64,000 bases of DNA, taken from the NCBI GenBank assembly GCA_043228905.1, contig JBHGNT010000002.1:22072001-22136000 (forward strand), read 5' to 3'. A program made the position numbers and the translations under genes. Shown in pieces: positions 10,163-24,200 of this stretch. The notes beneath the pieces are model-generated. The model saw only the letters and a program-made list of their open reading frames with translations, did no database searches and was not told where the DNA came from. Positions within the stretch are counted from its first letter, which is position 1, and every line of letters begins with the position of its first letter. This DNA comes from Azolla caroliniana (taxonomy: Eukaryota; Plantae; Polypodiophyta).

Positions 10163-13100
10163 CGATGCATCACCGGCCCAATCGACGTCTGTATATGCGA
10201 CTAGCTTTTTGGTTATGTTGTGTCGATATAACAGTCCCCAGTCCTTAGTGCCGCTAACATACCTCTATATGCGGTGTGCGCAATGAAGGTGCTCCTCGGT
10301 TGGCTTCTGCATGTATTGACTTATCATCCCAACAGGATAGCTGATGTCGGGTCGGGTGATTGTTAAATAGATAAGGCCTAGACAATTTGTCAAAACCGTC
10401 TCTTGTTGCAAGCCGGTCCGGAGTCGGGATGAAGCTTCAGGTCCCGGTCTAGGGGTGTGGACATTGGTCAGCAATCGTTCATGCCGAACTTGTACAGCAT
10501 ATTCAACACATAATGTCATTGAGACAACAATATGCCGTCGGGAGTGTGGATCACTTCGATCTCGAGGAAGTAATGAAGGTGCCCAAAGTCCTTCATTTCA
10601 AATGCATCCAACAGTTGGGACTTCACTTGGCCAATTTCAACGAGTCTGGATCCAGTGATAACTAGATCATCTACATATAATAGGATACATATCAGACCAT
10701 CCGGATATTTCCAGATGAACAATGAAGAGTCTAACTTCCAGGCTACAAACCCCATCTTACACAACCGGTGCATGATCTTTGAATTCAAAGCACAGGGAGC
10801 TTGCTTTAGGCCGTAAAGGGACTTTTTCAGTCGACACATTGTTGACGTGTTCATCTCCGACTAAAAGCTACGGGATTGGATCATGTAGACCTGTTCTTCA
10901 AGATCACCTTGAAGAAACACATTCTTCACGTCCATTTGGTGAAGATGCCACCTCCGTACCGTAGCAACTACCAACACCACACGGGCCGTCATCATCTTCG
11001 CTACTGGAGCAAAGGTCTCGTCGTAGTCGATTCTGTGGGTTTGACCATACCCTTTGGTGACTAACTGGGCCTTGTACCGATTGACCAAACCGTCGACATT
11101 GTACTTTACCTTGTATACCCACTTGCAACGGATCAGTTTGGTGCCCGCATCTCTTCCTCCATCGCGGCACACCAATGTGCGTCCTTTGCCGCTTCTGCGT
11201 AGCCATCCGGCTCATGCACTTCCGCCACTTTCGTGATGTACACATAGTGATGTGCCATGTACTCATTTTATACGTACCTCTTTATAGGGTTCTTCTGGCG
11301 GGTGGATCGGCGTAACTTCTCCTTAGCCGATTTCAAGGCCCTCTTGGCTAACTTGGACTTTGTCTCCGAAGTTCCATCTTCGTTTTGTCCGGAGTCGGAT
11401 TCATTCCGATCCGACTCTTCCTTCTTGTTGTCATATTCTGGCATCTTCTTCTTCTCGTTCTCTTTGCGCGTGAACCGTCTCTTAGGTTCCTTGCATGGGG
11501 AAAGCACGACTGAGTCTCCACTACTCGCCAACTGGTCATCGGACTGGTCATTCCGACTCAGTTGTTCGTTCGGCCCGCTTAGCCGGAATGAAATCAGACT
11601 CTCATCTAGAGTACCGAAGTCTTCTTCTTCTACTACTACTTGTATTGTTTCTGGCTCATAGGCCTCATCTTCCGAAATCGGGTCGGAGTTGGAGGTCAGA
11701 ATCGGTAGAGAGTACCATGATGCCGACTCATCAAATTCGACATCTCGGCTCACTCGAACTTGTGTTGTTCGGGGGTTATAGCACTTATAACCCTTTTGCT
11801 CATGTGAGTAGCCAACGAGGATACACTTCTCTGACTTCATGTCCAGCTTTCTCCGCTTCTCATCCGGTACATGGATATAGGCTATGCTACCGAATACAGT
11901 TTTTGCCCGAAATACAGTTCATGTGCTGACACCTTGTCTCCAATCCAGTTTTGGATGTAGACGGCCGTCCAGACCGCTTCAGCCCAATAGAACTTGGGCA
12001 TACTCTTCTCTTCTGGAATTGCCCGTGTCGCCTCCATAATTGACCGGTTCTTCCTTTCGGCCACACCATTTTATTTCGGTGTGTATCGGCAACAGAATTC
12101 CCTCCGAATTCCTTTTTGCTCCAGATAAATGTTGAATTGGCTGGAAAAATATTCTTTTCCACCATTCGACCACAAGCACTTGATCTTCTTCTCCGTTTCC
12201 CATTCCACAAGACTTTGCAGGTTTCGGAAACAGTCGAAAACTTCGTTTTTCCTTTCGATCACGTAGATCCATGTGTGCCGGCTATAATCGTCGATGAAGG
12301 AGACGAAATATCGGCTCCCACCAAGACTAACGTTCTATGTCGGTCCCCATACATCTGAATGTATCAAGTCAAGCTTGTTATGGTTCCGTTTTCTTTCGGT
12401 GGGGAACGGAAGCCGGTGTTGCTTCCCGAGCTAGCAGGCTTCACAAATTTGGGCGTTCTGACCACTAAATTTCGGCAATCCGAAAACAACCTGTTCGATT
12501 ACAAGTCTTGAAGCCTCTGATAGTTGACGTGGTTGATCCTGTTGTGCCACAAGTTGATATCCGACTCAACCTTCTGTCTTTTGGCAAATAGAGCAGCCCA
12601 GACACCATTAGTGTCGAGGATGAACATCCTTCTGTCTCGGTGCCCTTGCGCGATGACTCGGCCCTCTTCCTCAATGAAGCACCCGAGATGCGTAAACCGC
12701 ACTTGCATTCCCTGGTCAATGATCTGCTCGACTGACACCAGGTTCTTCGTGATTGTCGGGACATGAAGCACGTTCATAAGATTCCCTTGTTGTCTAACAT
12801 GACTCAAGGGAACTTCTTCGACATGCACTATCGGGTGAGGAGTGTCATCTCCGGTTTCGATAACTCCCGGTTGCTCCGTCTTTTCCAGATACGAGAACCA
12901 CTGTTTATGGCTTGTTTGACGCTCCGGAGTCAACGTACCACACTTCCTTTGATCCGGAAGTGGTCTTCTTCATCGAGTTTGCCTTGTGCTTCATCACAAA
13001 GGTTGGCCCTTTTCCGGTCTTACCGGTTCTGGATCCTTCTGATCCTTCGGCGTAGTGCGAGTTTTGTCAGTTCCCTTGTTCGGCTTTACCGAATCCGGAT

Positions 13101-14048
13101 TTATCTTAATCGGCGTGCTTCTTCTAGCACTCGCTTTCCCGGTGACCTTTCTTGCCACAATACCAGCATTATGTGTCGACCTTCCCTTGCTGGTTCTCGG
13201 CGCCGCTTTGACTCCCCTTGCTTGTGGAGGGTCCGAAACTACTGTCGACACTATCCATGTGCCTCTGATTCTGCTCTTGTTGGCCGCTATTGCGTGCCGA
13301 CCCACCTCATCATCCACGCCCATGGGCTGATCTGCCTCCGTGTACAACATCTGACGATCCGATTAACTGGTCCTCAATCCACTCGCATGGTTCTCTTCAA
13401 CCATCAACATCGATTGCAGGTCGAAGAAGGACGGTGGTTTCTCCTGGGTGCAAATCATTGTCCGGATTGGCCTGTACCGTTGTGCTAGACCACCGAGGCA
13501 AATCTGGACCATCTCGTCTTCTCTACTATCACGTTGATGGAACCGAGTGTGTCACATATCTCCTTTATCTTGGTGGTGTAGTCTTTAACCAACATGTCTT
13601 TGTCGTATGTTGTTGAGCTCTTATCGAAGCTGCAACTTCTGGGCCATTGTGCTTGCCACGAAAATCTTTTTCAGATTCTCCCAAGCTTCTTTCGGCGTTT
13701 TGCATCCCCGATGTAGCCAAGCATCTGGTCCTGCACACAGGACGAAAGGCAATACAATACTCTGTTCGCTCCTTGCTCCCATGCTGAGAAGTCCTTGTGT
13801 TCCGAATCCGGCGCTGCTACATTTGCTCCTTCCATGTAGCTCCAGTATCCGTTCCCCAATAGGTATTGGAGCATTTTATAAGACCATGACACATAGTTGC
13901 TCCGGTCGAGCTTTTCTGTAGGAAGCGAGCTCACCATACTTCTGTCCATATCTTCCTTCTTTCTTCCGTTCTTTACCGATGATTAGGGTTTGTCTATTTC
14001 GAGCGTTTGTCAGTAGTAGAGGTTCTCAACCCTCGCGCTCTAATACCA

Positions 14049-14450
14049 TGTAATGAATCGCATGCAGAAGTTTTATAGACAAATCGGCTCAACCGGATAA
14101 CAACACTAAATAGAAATGAAGATTTAATGGAAGCTTGAGAATACACATTACATGGGAGAGACAAAGAGAACAGAACAACATAAGCTTCATTCAAAATAAT
14201 AACACTCTGTGTATACAAATGTTCTATTGAACACTTTTTATACCAATCCTTAAAAGGACTGACAGAAGTATTAACAAGTACTTCAATGCTCATACGAGCG
14301 GCTGACATTAACTCCAAGGAATATGCCTATGTACTCTACCGGCCTACCAGTTACAATTCGATCCGTCTCTCCGATTTGGCTCTTGGTTCCGGATACCGAT
14401 CCGGCTCTTATTCAGCCAATCCGGATCCGGTTGAGCCTCTCTACTCAACA
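14049..14450 (-). repeat. Copia-2 5' LTR
   Basis: TGT...CAACA, adjacent PBS, related to the Copia-1 LTR. Confidence 0.9.
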
Positions 14451-16699
14451 ATCCTCTCGACCTCTTTAAACCTTGACGTTTGATCCTTACAATTTGTAGA
14501 AGGTTGGAATCTACTACTCCCACATATCTCTTACCTTTGCATGTACCATTATATCAAGGTCCCTCCAATGCAAGTGGTGGAGATATTCTCCTTATTAATG
14601 CATGCATCGACTAATTCTTCGTCTCAAGGTAGTGTATTTGATAAATTGCCAATGTCTATCCATAACATTGGTAGTGTCATCGTGTCCATAATTAGTCGAT
14701 AGATTCCTCCAATCCTCCAAACACAAGCCAATCCACACCATCCTCCTTCTATATACTCACAAAGTCCGGGTTTGTCTAAGTATTCTTGCATCACCTCCCC
14801 ACACATAGCATTGAGGGCAGATTCCATAATGCAATGCATCAATTGGCATATTCATTGATAGAGGTGGTTTCTTTAGCATTACCTATTGTTGAGATATCAA
14901 GCTCAACTAAGTTTAGCATTTTAGTTAACCACGTACCTTCGTAGTTACCTAGATAGAATCTAGTTAGTGTGTTGACTTGAAACCCTTAAATAGGACCTTG
15001 TACTTAGTGCGATACATTCTAGATCCTCCACTCCCAAGTACATTTAATATATGACTTACATCCTTGTACCTATATTCTCCTCGCGCATGTGCATCCTTGC
15101 ACATGAGATCTATATATACCTCATTGTGGGTATTTTTTGTAATTTTATGATGCTTATTAATATAGAGAAAGGTTATCTAGCTATACTCTTGTTAATCATC
15201 CCCCATTTATCTTATTGTTTAACTGTAACTTCCTCTCTCTCTTCCTCTCACACACATATCACATAATCTTCCGTTCGATGGCTAGATGACTAAACTACAC
15301 CAACAACAATTAAAGGAATAGCCAATGCTTTGAAATATGGGGAATATCAAAATCTATTAAAACATGCCAAGGTTGTATAAGATTTGGTAGTCTTTACCAA
15401 TGATCTCATGAAGGATTTTAACCTAGATCTTTTAGTCAAATGTTAAAGGTGAACGATGCAATAAGGCATTATTATAACTTTGTGATTGAGTGACACTCTC
15501 ATCACACCTTTGAATAACAAATTGATCCTGTATATCGCATAAATAGTAGAGGGCATCTTTACCATGGAATAAAGATATTATCAATGATTGGTACTTCATG
15601 AGATCTGTCAAATTTTTGGCTTCGAGATTGAAGTTTGAGAGGTCTTTGAGGAGCATCCCAATAATTGCTAGTAGTTATAAATTCCACTTCTATTTTATTT
15701 ATACACAAGCTACATCAATTACTTCATAAAATTATATTTCTTTTATTTTCTTTGGTTGCAAGCATCTTGAGACCCCCTTATTTTGCGACATGCAAATATA
15801 CATCACTGAAATACATGCACAAGCATGAGAAAGCACAAGACATATAACGCATGTAAATACACAAACAACAAAATGAGATGCATAGAACGTCCACAAACAT
15901 AGGACACAAAACAATATGATACAACTTAGCGACAACAAGAAATAATAGGAAAAACTTCTTGGGGTTTTAAATTACGACTTAAGCAAAAACTATAAACACT
16001 TCAATTCTCATGATTCTTTGGGAACATGCTTTGGCTTGAAAATTGTGAACAATACACGATCTATGCATGGACAAGAGAAAATCATGCATGGTACAACATG
16101 GAAAACTGTTTGTAAGAAAAGATCTACAAAATTCAAAGAAAGTTTTCTCAAAACATCTCCCAAGGATATAGAATCCAAGTAATCAATGGGTAAGGTTTAC
16201 CTAATTACTTTACTCCGTCTTTTATTCTTTTTTCCAAGAAAGATACTACATTAGTATTAAGGAGCAACCTAAGTCTATACATGAAATATGTATATATACG
16301 TAATAAGTTCTAATTGTCGGCTTAAATAAATACTTTGGTGTAGAGTAGAACCACTTCAACTAGCCAAGCCAAAAATCTGCCTATAAAATATTCCTTTATC
16401 CCATATGGCATGAAACCTCAATCATTTTGTATGCTCATTGTGTCTTACCTTTTATGTTATCCCAAGAACCTTTGAGATTCTTACAATCTAGGTTCAAATC
16501 CCAATAATTAATCGAGTAGGTCTTTCATTCACATTTTGAAATACCTTCCAAATACTGATCTACTTACCAATTGCCATATTTCAAGTTTTACTAGACCCTA
16601 TTTGTTGGTTGATGGGTATAATTGTTATTTGGATTAGACCATGTCTCATAGAAAGAGCATCTACAATATCCTCTACTTATATAACATTGGTTGATCACA

Positions 16700-17050
16700 T
16701 ACCACCACCCATAATACTACCCCCCATGTATACACTGCTCAAGGATATATTGGTATAAACAACGTTATGATTCTTTTCCATATTTCCATCACAAAATCCC
16801 AACTACGCAAACAATTCTTAACCATCTCCGTTAGATTCGCACAAAAAGGACACATATTATCTACATTCGCCCCTATTCCCCAAACATTAACTCGTATAGC
16901 TCCATGGAAACCAAACAATTTTCCTACTCATTTTTATAGCCCACAACAATTTCAAAAATTTATCGAGTTGTGGTTGAGAAAGTCCATTCCGTCTCTAGAA
17001 AGCATTGGCAACCGGTTCCTTCCATGACCTAGCACCTAATATTTTCCTAC
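16700..17050 (-). pseudogene. Degraded L1-type LINE ORF2 C-terminal zinc-binding (zf-RVT) region
   Basis: - strand KLLWAIKMSRKIVWFPW..CPFCANLTEMVKNCLRSWDFVMEIWKRII with stops. Confidence 0.6.
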
Positions 17051-18641
17051 AAATCTTCAGAAAATATTAGAAAAAAAAGCTAATGCCCTATTTGATCTTG
17101 AACCAATATTTCCAAATAAAGTTCTCTCTAGGATCCCAAGTTAATATAGACACTAGTCTCCTTTCCATAATCCAAAACCAAGTTTGATCCACCATTTGCT
17201 ACCACCCTCACTTCTTTATGCAAACAAAAACTAAACAAATCAGCTTCCATATGTGTGAAAGTTAACCTACCATCACCACGTAGTTTGAAAGTCTTGAGCA
17301 ATTCAATTTTGGCATATAATTAAAAAAACATAACTTTATAAAAAAGTGATCATTTACATGATATCATCTCATGGATTGTTATGGTTGACTACCAGTGCCT
17401 ATAGTTAGTTTCTATGTACAGATGTGAAATTAATAATACTTGGGTATTTCCATTTGGGAAGAAAATGTATAGTGGTTTTGAATGAACACATAATTAAGAA
17501 TGGATGGTGATGGTTTTCAATACTTTTGAGAGTGCGACCGCAATGCCCTTGCATATCTTTATTAAACTCCAATAAAGATTCCCAATCTCATGATTATCTC
17601 CAATGAGTGTATTCTGGATTGGTTGCATGCCCACCTGTGCACACATTACAGAGATGGGTCTACTTCACAATGCCAATGACAAAAATAAACCTTAAAAATG
17701 ATAAAACTAGAATAGACAAGAATAAGGGTGGAATAAACCCATCATGACTTGTATATTACACAAGAAACAAACAAGTATAGAAGGTCTAACATTTCAGGAT
17801 CTACAAGGGATGAGTAAATAGGCAAGCACTAACACACAAAAAGTTCATCATCATCTGTGAATCAAAAGTCATTGGGGAATCTATAAAGCTATGGCATGCA
17901 ATATATTAGGACTAACAAAGGAGCAAAATGGTTCTCGTGGAGCTCAACATCATATTGTGGATAAGATTCTTGTAGAGCTAATATTGCTATTCCATAAATT
18001 GGTACACCAGTAGACAACCTATGTTTAGGAAAATAAGCCAACACTGAAGCACAAATATAGAACCAACGCAACAAGGAATTGGCCAAATAAGTGCAAGCAT
18101 ATTAAGATAAACAAGGGTTAATGCCCAAATAGCAATAGATAATGGGCCTTGGATTAGTGTAGAAGGTGAATCCAATAATTCATCTACTTAGACTTTTAAG
18201 TTTAGGGTGGCTTCATGATCTTCATCAAGCTCTAACCTGTTAGGGTTGTGCGAACACAAGATTATTAATGTCTTGATATGTGCCACATAAATGTTGTAAA
18301 TGTTTTGACAAGGGAATCATAGTAGATGTTGTAAATGTAGAAGATGCTCTCCAACTCATATTGATTTGCCTAACTCATTGAGTAAATGTAACAGACAACC
18401 ATACAAAAAGTAGCATCTTTGGCACTACCAATATTTAGCTATATCCTTGTGAGTTATTTTGTATGGAGTAGCTAAGAAATTTAAATTAGAACCATTATGT
18501 CATGAGTTGTTGTACTCATGTACATGGACATGAAGGAACAGCCTTTGCAACAACACCACATTTCATAATCGTCGTAATGTATACTTGAATGATCCAGGTT
18601 ACTACCCAATATCATAGATTTTAATCATGCACACGAGACTT

Positions 18642-20352
18642 GTTAGGATTTTGTCCCTCCTAATGGGAGAAGTCGGCAGCCCAATTCTGGTCGGTCTTTC
18701 TGAATTGAGGGTCGACTGAAGTGTAGATCTTTGGGATCAAAGAGTCAGATCGACCAGTTGGCCGACTTGAGAAGAGGTCGAAAATAGAACCGACTAGTCG
18801 GACCGACCGGGTGGTCGAAGACAAGGTAGACTAGTCGGATCGACCGAATAATCGACAATAGGAGTCGGCTAGTCAGATCGACTAAATTCTCGACTTGTGG
18901 GTCCGACAGTCAAGTCGACCAGTCGGTCTATTAATTATTATTATATTATAATATCTTATTCACACACACACACACATATATATGGAGCTAGGGAAAATGA
19001 GGTATCATTATTGCTGTGTGCAAAAGTTGTCGGTGTGTGCCACCGCACGTGCAGAGGAGTGCAGAGGAGTGAGCAAGACACAGAGAGGAGAGGAAGAGTG
19101 TGAGGGTAGGTAGAGTTTAATGGAACTTGCCCAAACCCTAGAAAAGGGATTCTCTGAGATCTGAGTTTTATATATAGAAAGCTTGAGAGCTTTATAACCT
19201 GCCTTTTGTACTCTTGAATCATAGTGAAACTTTGCTGCCCCATGGTTTTCCCCGTTTTAGGATTTCCGCGTAAATCTTCTGTGCTTTAAGTTTCTGGTTT
19301 GCATTTCAGTTTGTTTTTCCTATTCACCTTTGGTCATAAACATAACAAACTGGTATCAGAGCTTAAGGTGCTAGATGGAATGAGGTGTGAGTGGATTTCT
19401 AGGAATGATAGAAGATCAAGATGGAGGATCTTCTAGTAATCAGAGACCTATACGAGCCTATAGATAGGAAAGAAAGATATATTAACGTCTTTTAAGAGGC
19501 CAAAATGGCCTATAAGACCAAATAAGAGATCACATCTTAAGTGTTGTCTCGTCTTTGAGAACAAATCAAAATAAAATAAATATTACACAGTAAATATAAA
19601 AGTAAATAACATGAAAAGAAAAGAAATGAGGGAATCTGGTTTTTGGCACATGTGAGATCCTCAAGTTAGGTATATCATAGCTTTTGTCTTCGAAAGATCT
19701 CTAGCATAGGTCGATCTAGAATGGAAATGTCTCCGAAGCGAGGGAAGCACCTACAATGGCGGGAGATAATGGCTTTTATCTATCGATGACAAGGGTGTCG
19801 AGGTTGTGGTCCATGGGGCCGAGGCCTACATGCACGGCAAATTGCCATTGCCCGATCAATTGTAACCCCTTTGTTATGTCCTGGTCTAAAGCCCATTTGT
19901 GTATCCCGGGGTCGACTTCTAGCATTAGGAGGGATGGGGCTAAAGAAAGTTGTGATTGTTCTTTGTGGATGAGCTTGTGTGGTTGTATTCTTCAACAACT
20001 TTTCCCGATGTCTCTTGAGCTCTAGCAAGAAAAGTCCTAGGCATCGTTGGTCCTGATATTTCATTACCTTGCGTAGTGGACCAAAGCCTTGTTTAAAGAG
20101 GCAATGGTATCTCCCTTTGATTTCATAAAAGACACTACAATGACAAACATAGTGTTCTTCAGATTCCACTCCTACAATTGTGTTAGAGTCTGAATGAAAA
20201 ATCCTGAACAGGAAGGCAGTGGCAACCATCAAACAGTGTGTAGACGTAAGTGTTCTACAATATGTGGCTAACGACACAATGGCGCGCTACCAAACTACGC
20301 TACGACCTGTGGCACAAACTTTCGGGCTTGTATTAAAGGAAAAATGCCTACA
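18642..20352 (+). mobile_element. Copia 5' fragment: LTR (~18642-19347), PBS, gag start
   Basis: TGTTAG...TAACA; PBS TGGTATCAGAGC at 19351-19362; gag KMEDLLVIRDLYEPIDRK resumes after an RTE insert as KILNRKAVATIKQCVD..YDLWHKLSGLY. Confidence 0.85.
19468..20172 (-). mobile_element. RTE-clade LINE (family A) 3' fragment
   Basis: VESEEHYVCHC zinc motif, shared 3' UTR, (TTTC)n tail; homologous to other copies in the window. Confidence 0.85.
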
Positions 20353-20359
20353 TGTTCTT

Positions 20360-21140
20360 TTCATTTTAATTGGAGAACCAGATGTGTATAGTCATGAAGT
20401 TCAGCATCGGAGAGATGAGAATCACGAATGGTGGCTTGAAGCCACTTGGGATGTGGTGGAAGCTGGTGTGTAGAGGGAGGGGAAACGAGTGGAGTTGAGG
20501 GAGAGGTTTGAATTGTTGGCAAAGTTAAGAGGTTGAGTAGGAGGAGATGGGGGGCTTGAAGGTGAGACATCTTCGTCTAAAATAGGAGATTCCTGCGGAG
20601 CTGGGATTTCAACCGTAAACTCATGTGAAATCCTAGAGTCATCCAGCTTAGACTCCACAAAATGAACATCCCTAGAGATGACTAGGGACTTTGATTCCAA
20701 ATCCCATAACCTATAGGCTTTAGATTGTGTGTTGTAACCAAGAAATTTGCATTTCTTGGTTTTGGACTCAAATTTAGTCCTTTTATGATCTCAACTGTGA
20801 ACATAAGCATCACAACAAAGACTTTAAAATGAGATATTGAGGGCTTTACACCTGTAAATGCTTCTACAAGGGTCATTACAGCAACTGCTTTTGTTGGGCA
20901 GCAGTTGATGATATAGACTGTTGTGTTGACAACTTCACTCCAAAACGAGAGAGAAAGATCAGATTGAGATAGCATTGTATGAGCCATCTCTTGGACTGTC
21001 TGGTTCTTCCTTTCCACAACTCCATTTTGTTGAGGAGTATTGGGAGTAGAAAGTTGGCGAGCAATGCCTCATTGAGAGAAGAAATGGTGGAAAGCTTGGG
21101 AGATAAACTCTCTACCATTGTCGGACCTGATCTTTCAAAC
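20360..21140 (-). pseudogene. Copia integrase fragment
   Basis: KIRSDNGREF..NGVVERKNQTVQEMA..FWSEVVNTTVY..SRDVHFVE. Confidence 0.85.
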
Positions 21141-21250
21141 TTTCTTTGATGTCCCATTCTCCACAACAGCTACCCTCCATGATGTGATATCGTATAAACC
21201 AAAAGAGGGTGATCACGGGCTAATTCGAATAAAAAGTTTACAAAATTTTA

Positions 21251-21298
21251 TTATTTTAATCGTTGAGAGATACCTAAAAATGGTTGGGGAAGCATTTG
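21251..21298 (-). CDS. Candidate last HAP2-like exon (QMLPQPFLGISQRLK*); alternative donor at 21273
   Basis: ctatag acceptor after a 76-nt intron; reads into TAATAA. Confidence 0.5.
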   Translation of the reverse strand, partial: QMLPQPFLGISQRLK

Positions 21299-24200
21299 CT
21301 ATAGAATTATAAACATGTTATCATGTTTTACTATTATTATTATTATGTGCTCAAACAAAGTGGGAGAACTTTACCACATATTTTGAAGCATATTGATCAG
21401 CAACGGTGGACATCCACAACATGCGTTGGTCCAATTGATTATGTTCGGCGTCTAACAAGGTAACTATAGAGGAAAGTGAGCCAAAGTTCAGCATTACCAG
21501 GAAGGTAACTATAGAGTAAATTATCAAACAGAAAGGGTGATGTACCATAACAAGTGAACTCAAAATTTGAGCTCGTTGGCAATATCACGTAGAGGGGTAT
21601 GACTCCCTCATCTTGTGGACTAATAGATTTCCTTCCTCTCTGTATATAAAATAAACACAATAATGACCCTTAGAAGGTCTACAGAAAACAATTGTTAAAA
21701 CTCTAGAATAATCACATGATCTTGGAGCAAAAGCTAATGAGTATATAGGTTGGTAGAATTTAATGGTTTGCTATTTGAGTGGTCAAAACAGAAGAAATCG
21801 AATTATTCATTTAAACTATACACAAATCATAATAAGCAAGATTGTGTATAAAATGGTCAAATGGGGAAAGAGAGAAACATTTTCATTACTATTAAAAGTG
21901 CGTTATGTGTATGTGTACATGGAATTCTTGTTTGTATTCATATGTGAGGAGTATCCTGGTATGTGAATGTATGTAAATTCTATACTCAAAGATATAAATT
22001 GTTAGGCTAAAAGAGCCAAAATTTGGGGCAAAGCATAAAATTTTGGCTTTTATGAGATTGCTTGATGATCTACCTTCATCAATACAACCTACCTACACAA
22101 CAAATATTGAAATTTTCATGGATAAAGTGTTCTATTTGATGAGACACATTGTACATATTCTATATATGTTAGGCTCCATGAACATTGAAGATGACAAATT
22201 TTTTATGACAAGCATATTTATTAGTGTGTTTTTGAAATTTAGAGAACAATGAATTTACCTTGCTGATTGGAAGTGCTATATCACAGTCCATCTGCATACA
22301 TATATAAACACGCCATCACAAGAGAGTTTAGATTGTAAAATACAAAAAAAAAATGTTTTTATTGCTTTTACGTAGAGATATGTTTATTGTTTATTGTTTA
22401 TTTCTTTATTTATATTTATATATTTCAATTTGTTTTAAAATTTGCAACTAATTAACTAATTAATTTGCTTATTTATGTAAATTCATGTAGCTTCTCGCAA
22501 GCATGAAGAAACGATGTTTTTTTTAAGTTGAGGGATATTTCACTTACATTTACTTGAAACATTGTTTGTGTTGAACCAATGTTTAAGACTGTTATGGACA
22601 CACTTGTATCTTGTTTCCTTGCATCTTTGGTCTTTGGCGGTGGAGTTATCCTAACAGCCTCAATAATTCCAAGACTCCTACAAACGCAAATGAACATCAT
22701 ATACAAGTTACAAAATCTACAAGTCATCATTCATATAATATAAGTATTCCTACATACACCATAGATAATAAACTCAAATAGTTGTAACACAAGATGACAT
22801 ATTTTTTTAATCTTATTGTGCAGAATCTTGGATCCTCAACTTCAATCTTCAATCTTCATCCATCTTGATCTTCAACCATCGTTGGTGCCCTGCTTCGGAA
22901 TACTGTTTTGCTAACATGTAGATTTAACCTTTATCCATCTTCCAATGCATAGAAGCACATTATTTACAACTTTTCATTTCTTAAGACAACCAAAATTTCG
23001 TCAAAATTTAGCTTATTCCTAGGGAATTGCCCAAGGGCTGCTAGAGTCATAGACTTCCTACATATGAGACGGCATTTAAGATACACTAATGAATAGTATG
23101 ACAAACAAATTTGCACATTTATGAGTACATATATTACATTACAAAGTACCACAATGTTGGCAGTAAAACTTGTGAGAAAGAAAGAAAGAAAGAAAGATAT
23201 ATTAACATCTTTTAAGAGGCCAAAATGGCCTATAAGAACAAATAAGAGATCACATCTTAAGTGTTGTCTCATCTTTGAGAACAAATCAAAATAAAATAAA
23301 TATTACACAATTAATATAAAAGTAAATAAGATGAAAAGAAAAGAAACGACGGAATCTGGTTTTTCACACATGAGATTCTCAAGTTAGGTATATTGTAGTT
23401 TTTGTCTTCGAAATATCTGTAGCATAGGTCGACCCAGAATGAAAATGTCTCCGACGCGAGGGAAGCACCTACAATGGCGGGAGATAATGGCTTTTATCTG
23501 TCGATGACAAGGGTGTCGAGGTCGTGGTCCATGGGGCCGGGGCCTACGTGCACGGCAATTTGCTATTGCCCGATCAATTGTAACCCCTTTGTTATGTCCT
23601 GGTCTGGAGCCTATTTGTGTATCCCGTGAGAGACATATACAAGTTAAATATTCATTACATACCAAGATCTAGAATATAGGAGATAAAGTATATGTTCATT
23701 GACTCTCCCGTCACAAAATGGCCTATGGGACCAAGTATTAGGATAAGTCTTAGTAGGGGTATAAGAGTTTCCCAACCGGAGTGTAGTGAGTGTGATTTAT
23801 GAAAGAGTTTAGGTAAGAGGTCCTAGCAAGGACTCTATCAAGGTATGGGACTTTGAATCCTTCTTCCATGTTGTGTTTGAACAACCCTTTTTTGGGGAGT
23901 TAAGATTTATGTTCAGAATTGTCGCCTTTTGGTTGAGCATCTCCATTTCCCTTTCTGATTTTCCAGTGCTGTCCTTGAGTCTAGCATTCTCTTGGGTAAG
24001 CATCTCCAATTGGTTTGCTACCTGCTTGGCATTTTCAAGTGTTCGTTGATGTTCAGCTTGAATTTTCTCTCTCCTCTATAAGAAGTTTTTCTGGTGGGTG
24101 ACATCTTGGAGAGAAACCTTCGACTGTTTAAGTTGCTCTTGAACAGCAGTATTTTGATCACTCAAGCTGCTTTCTGAAGCCGGCAGCGATTCTTGAACAG

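Larger units (their letters stand above)
9252..14450 (-). mobile_element. Ty1/Copia (Copia-2), related to Copia-1, degenerate; 3' end displaced by the chromovirus
   Basis: 5' LTR 14049-14450; PBS TGGTATTAGAGC at 14037-14048; fragmented gag, INT, RT (YVDD) and RNase H collinear with Copia-1. Confidence 0.95.

Noticed and set aside
15732-15938. Cys-rich hydrophobic ORF as the HAP2 TM exon
   Set aside because: Explained by TG-rich low-complexity sequence; no supporting splice phase found
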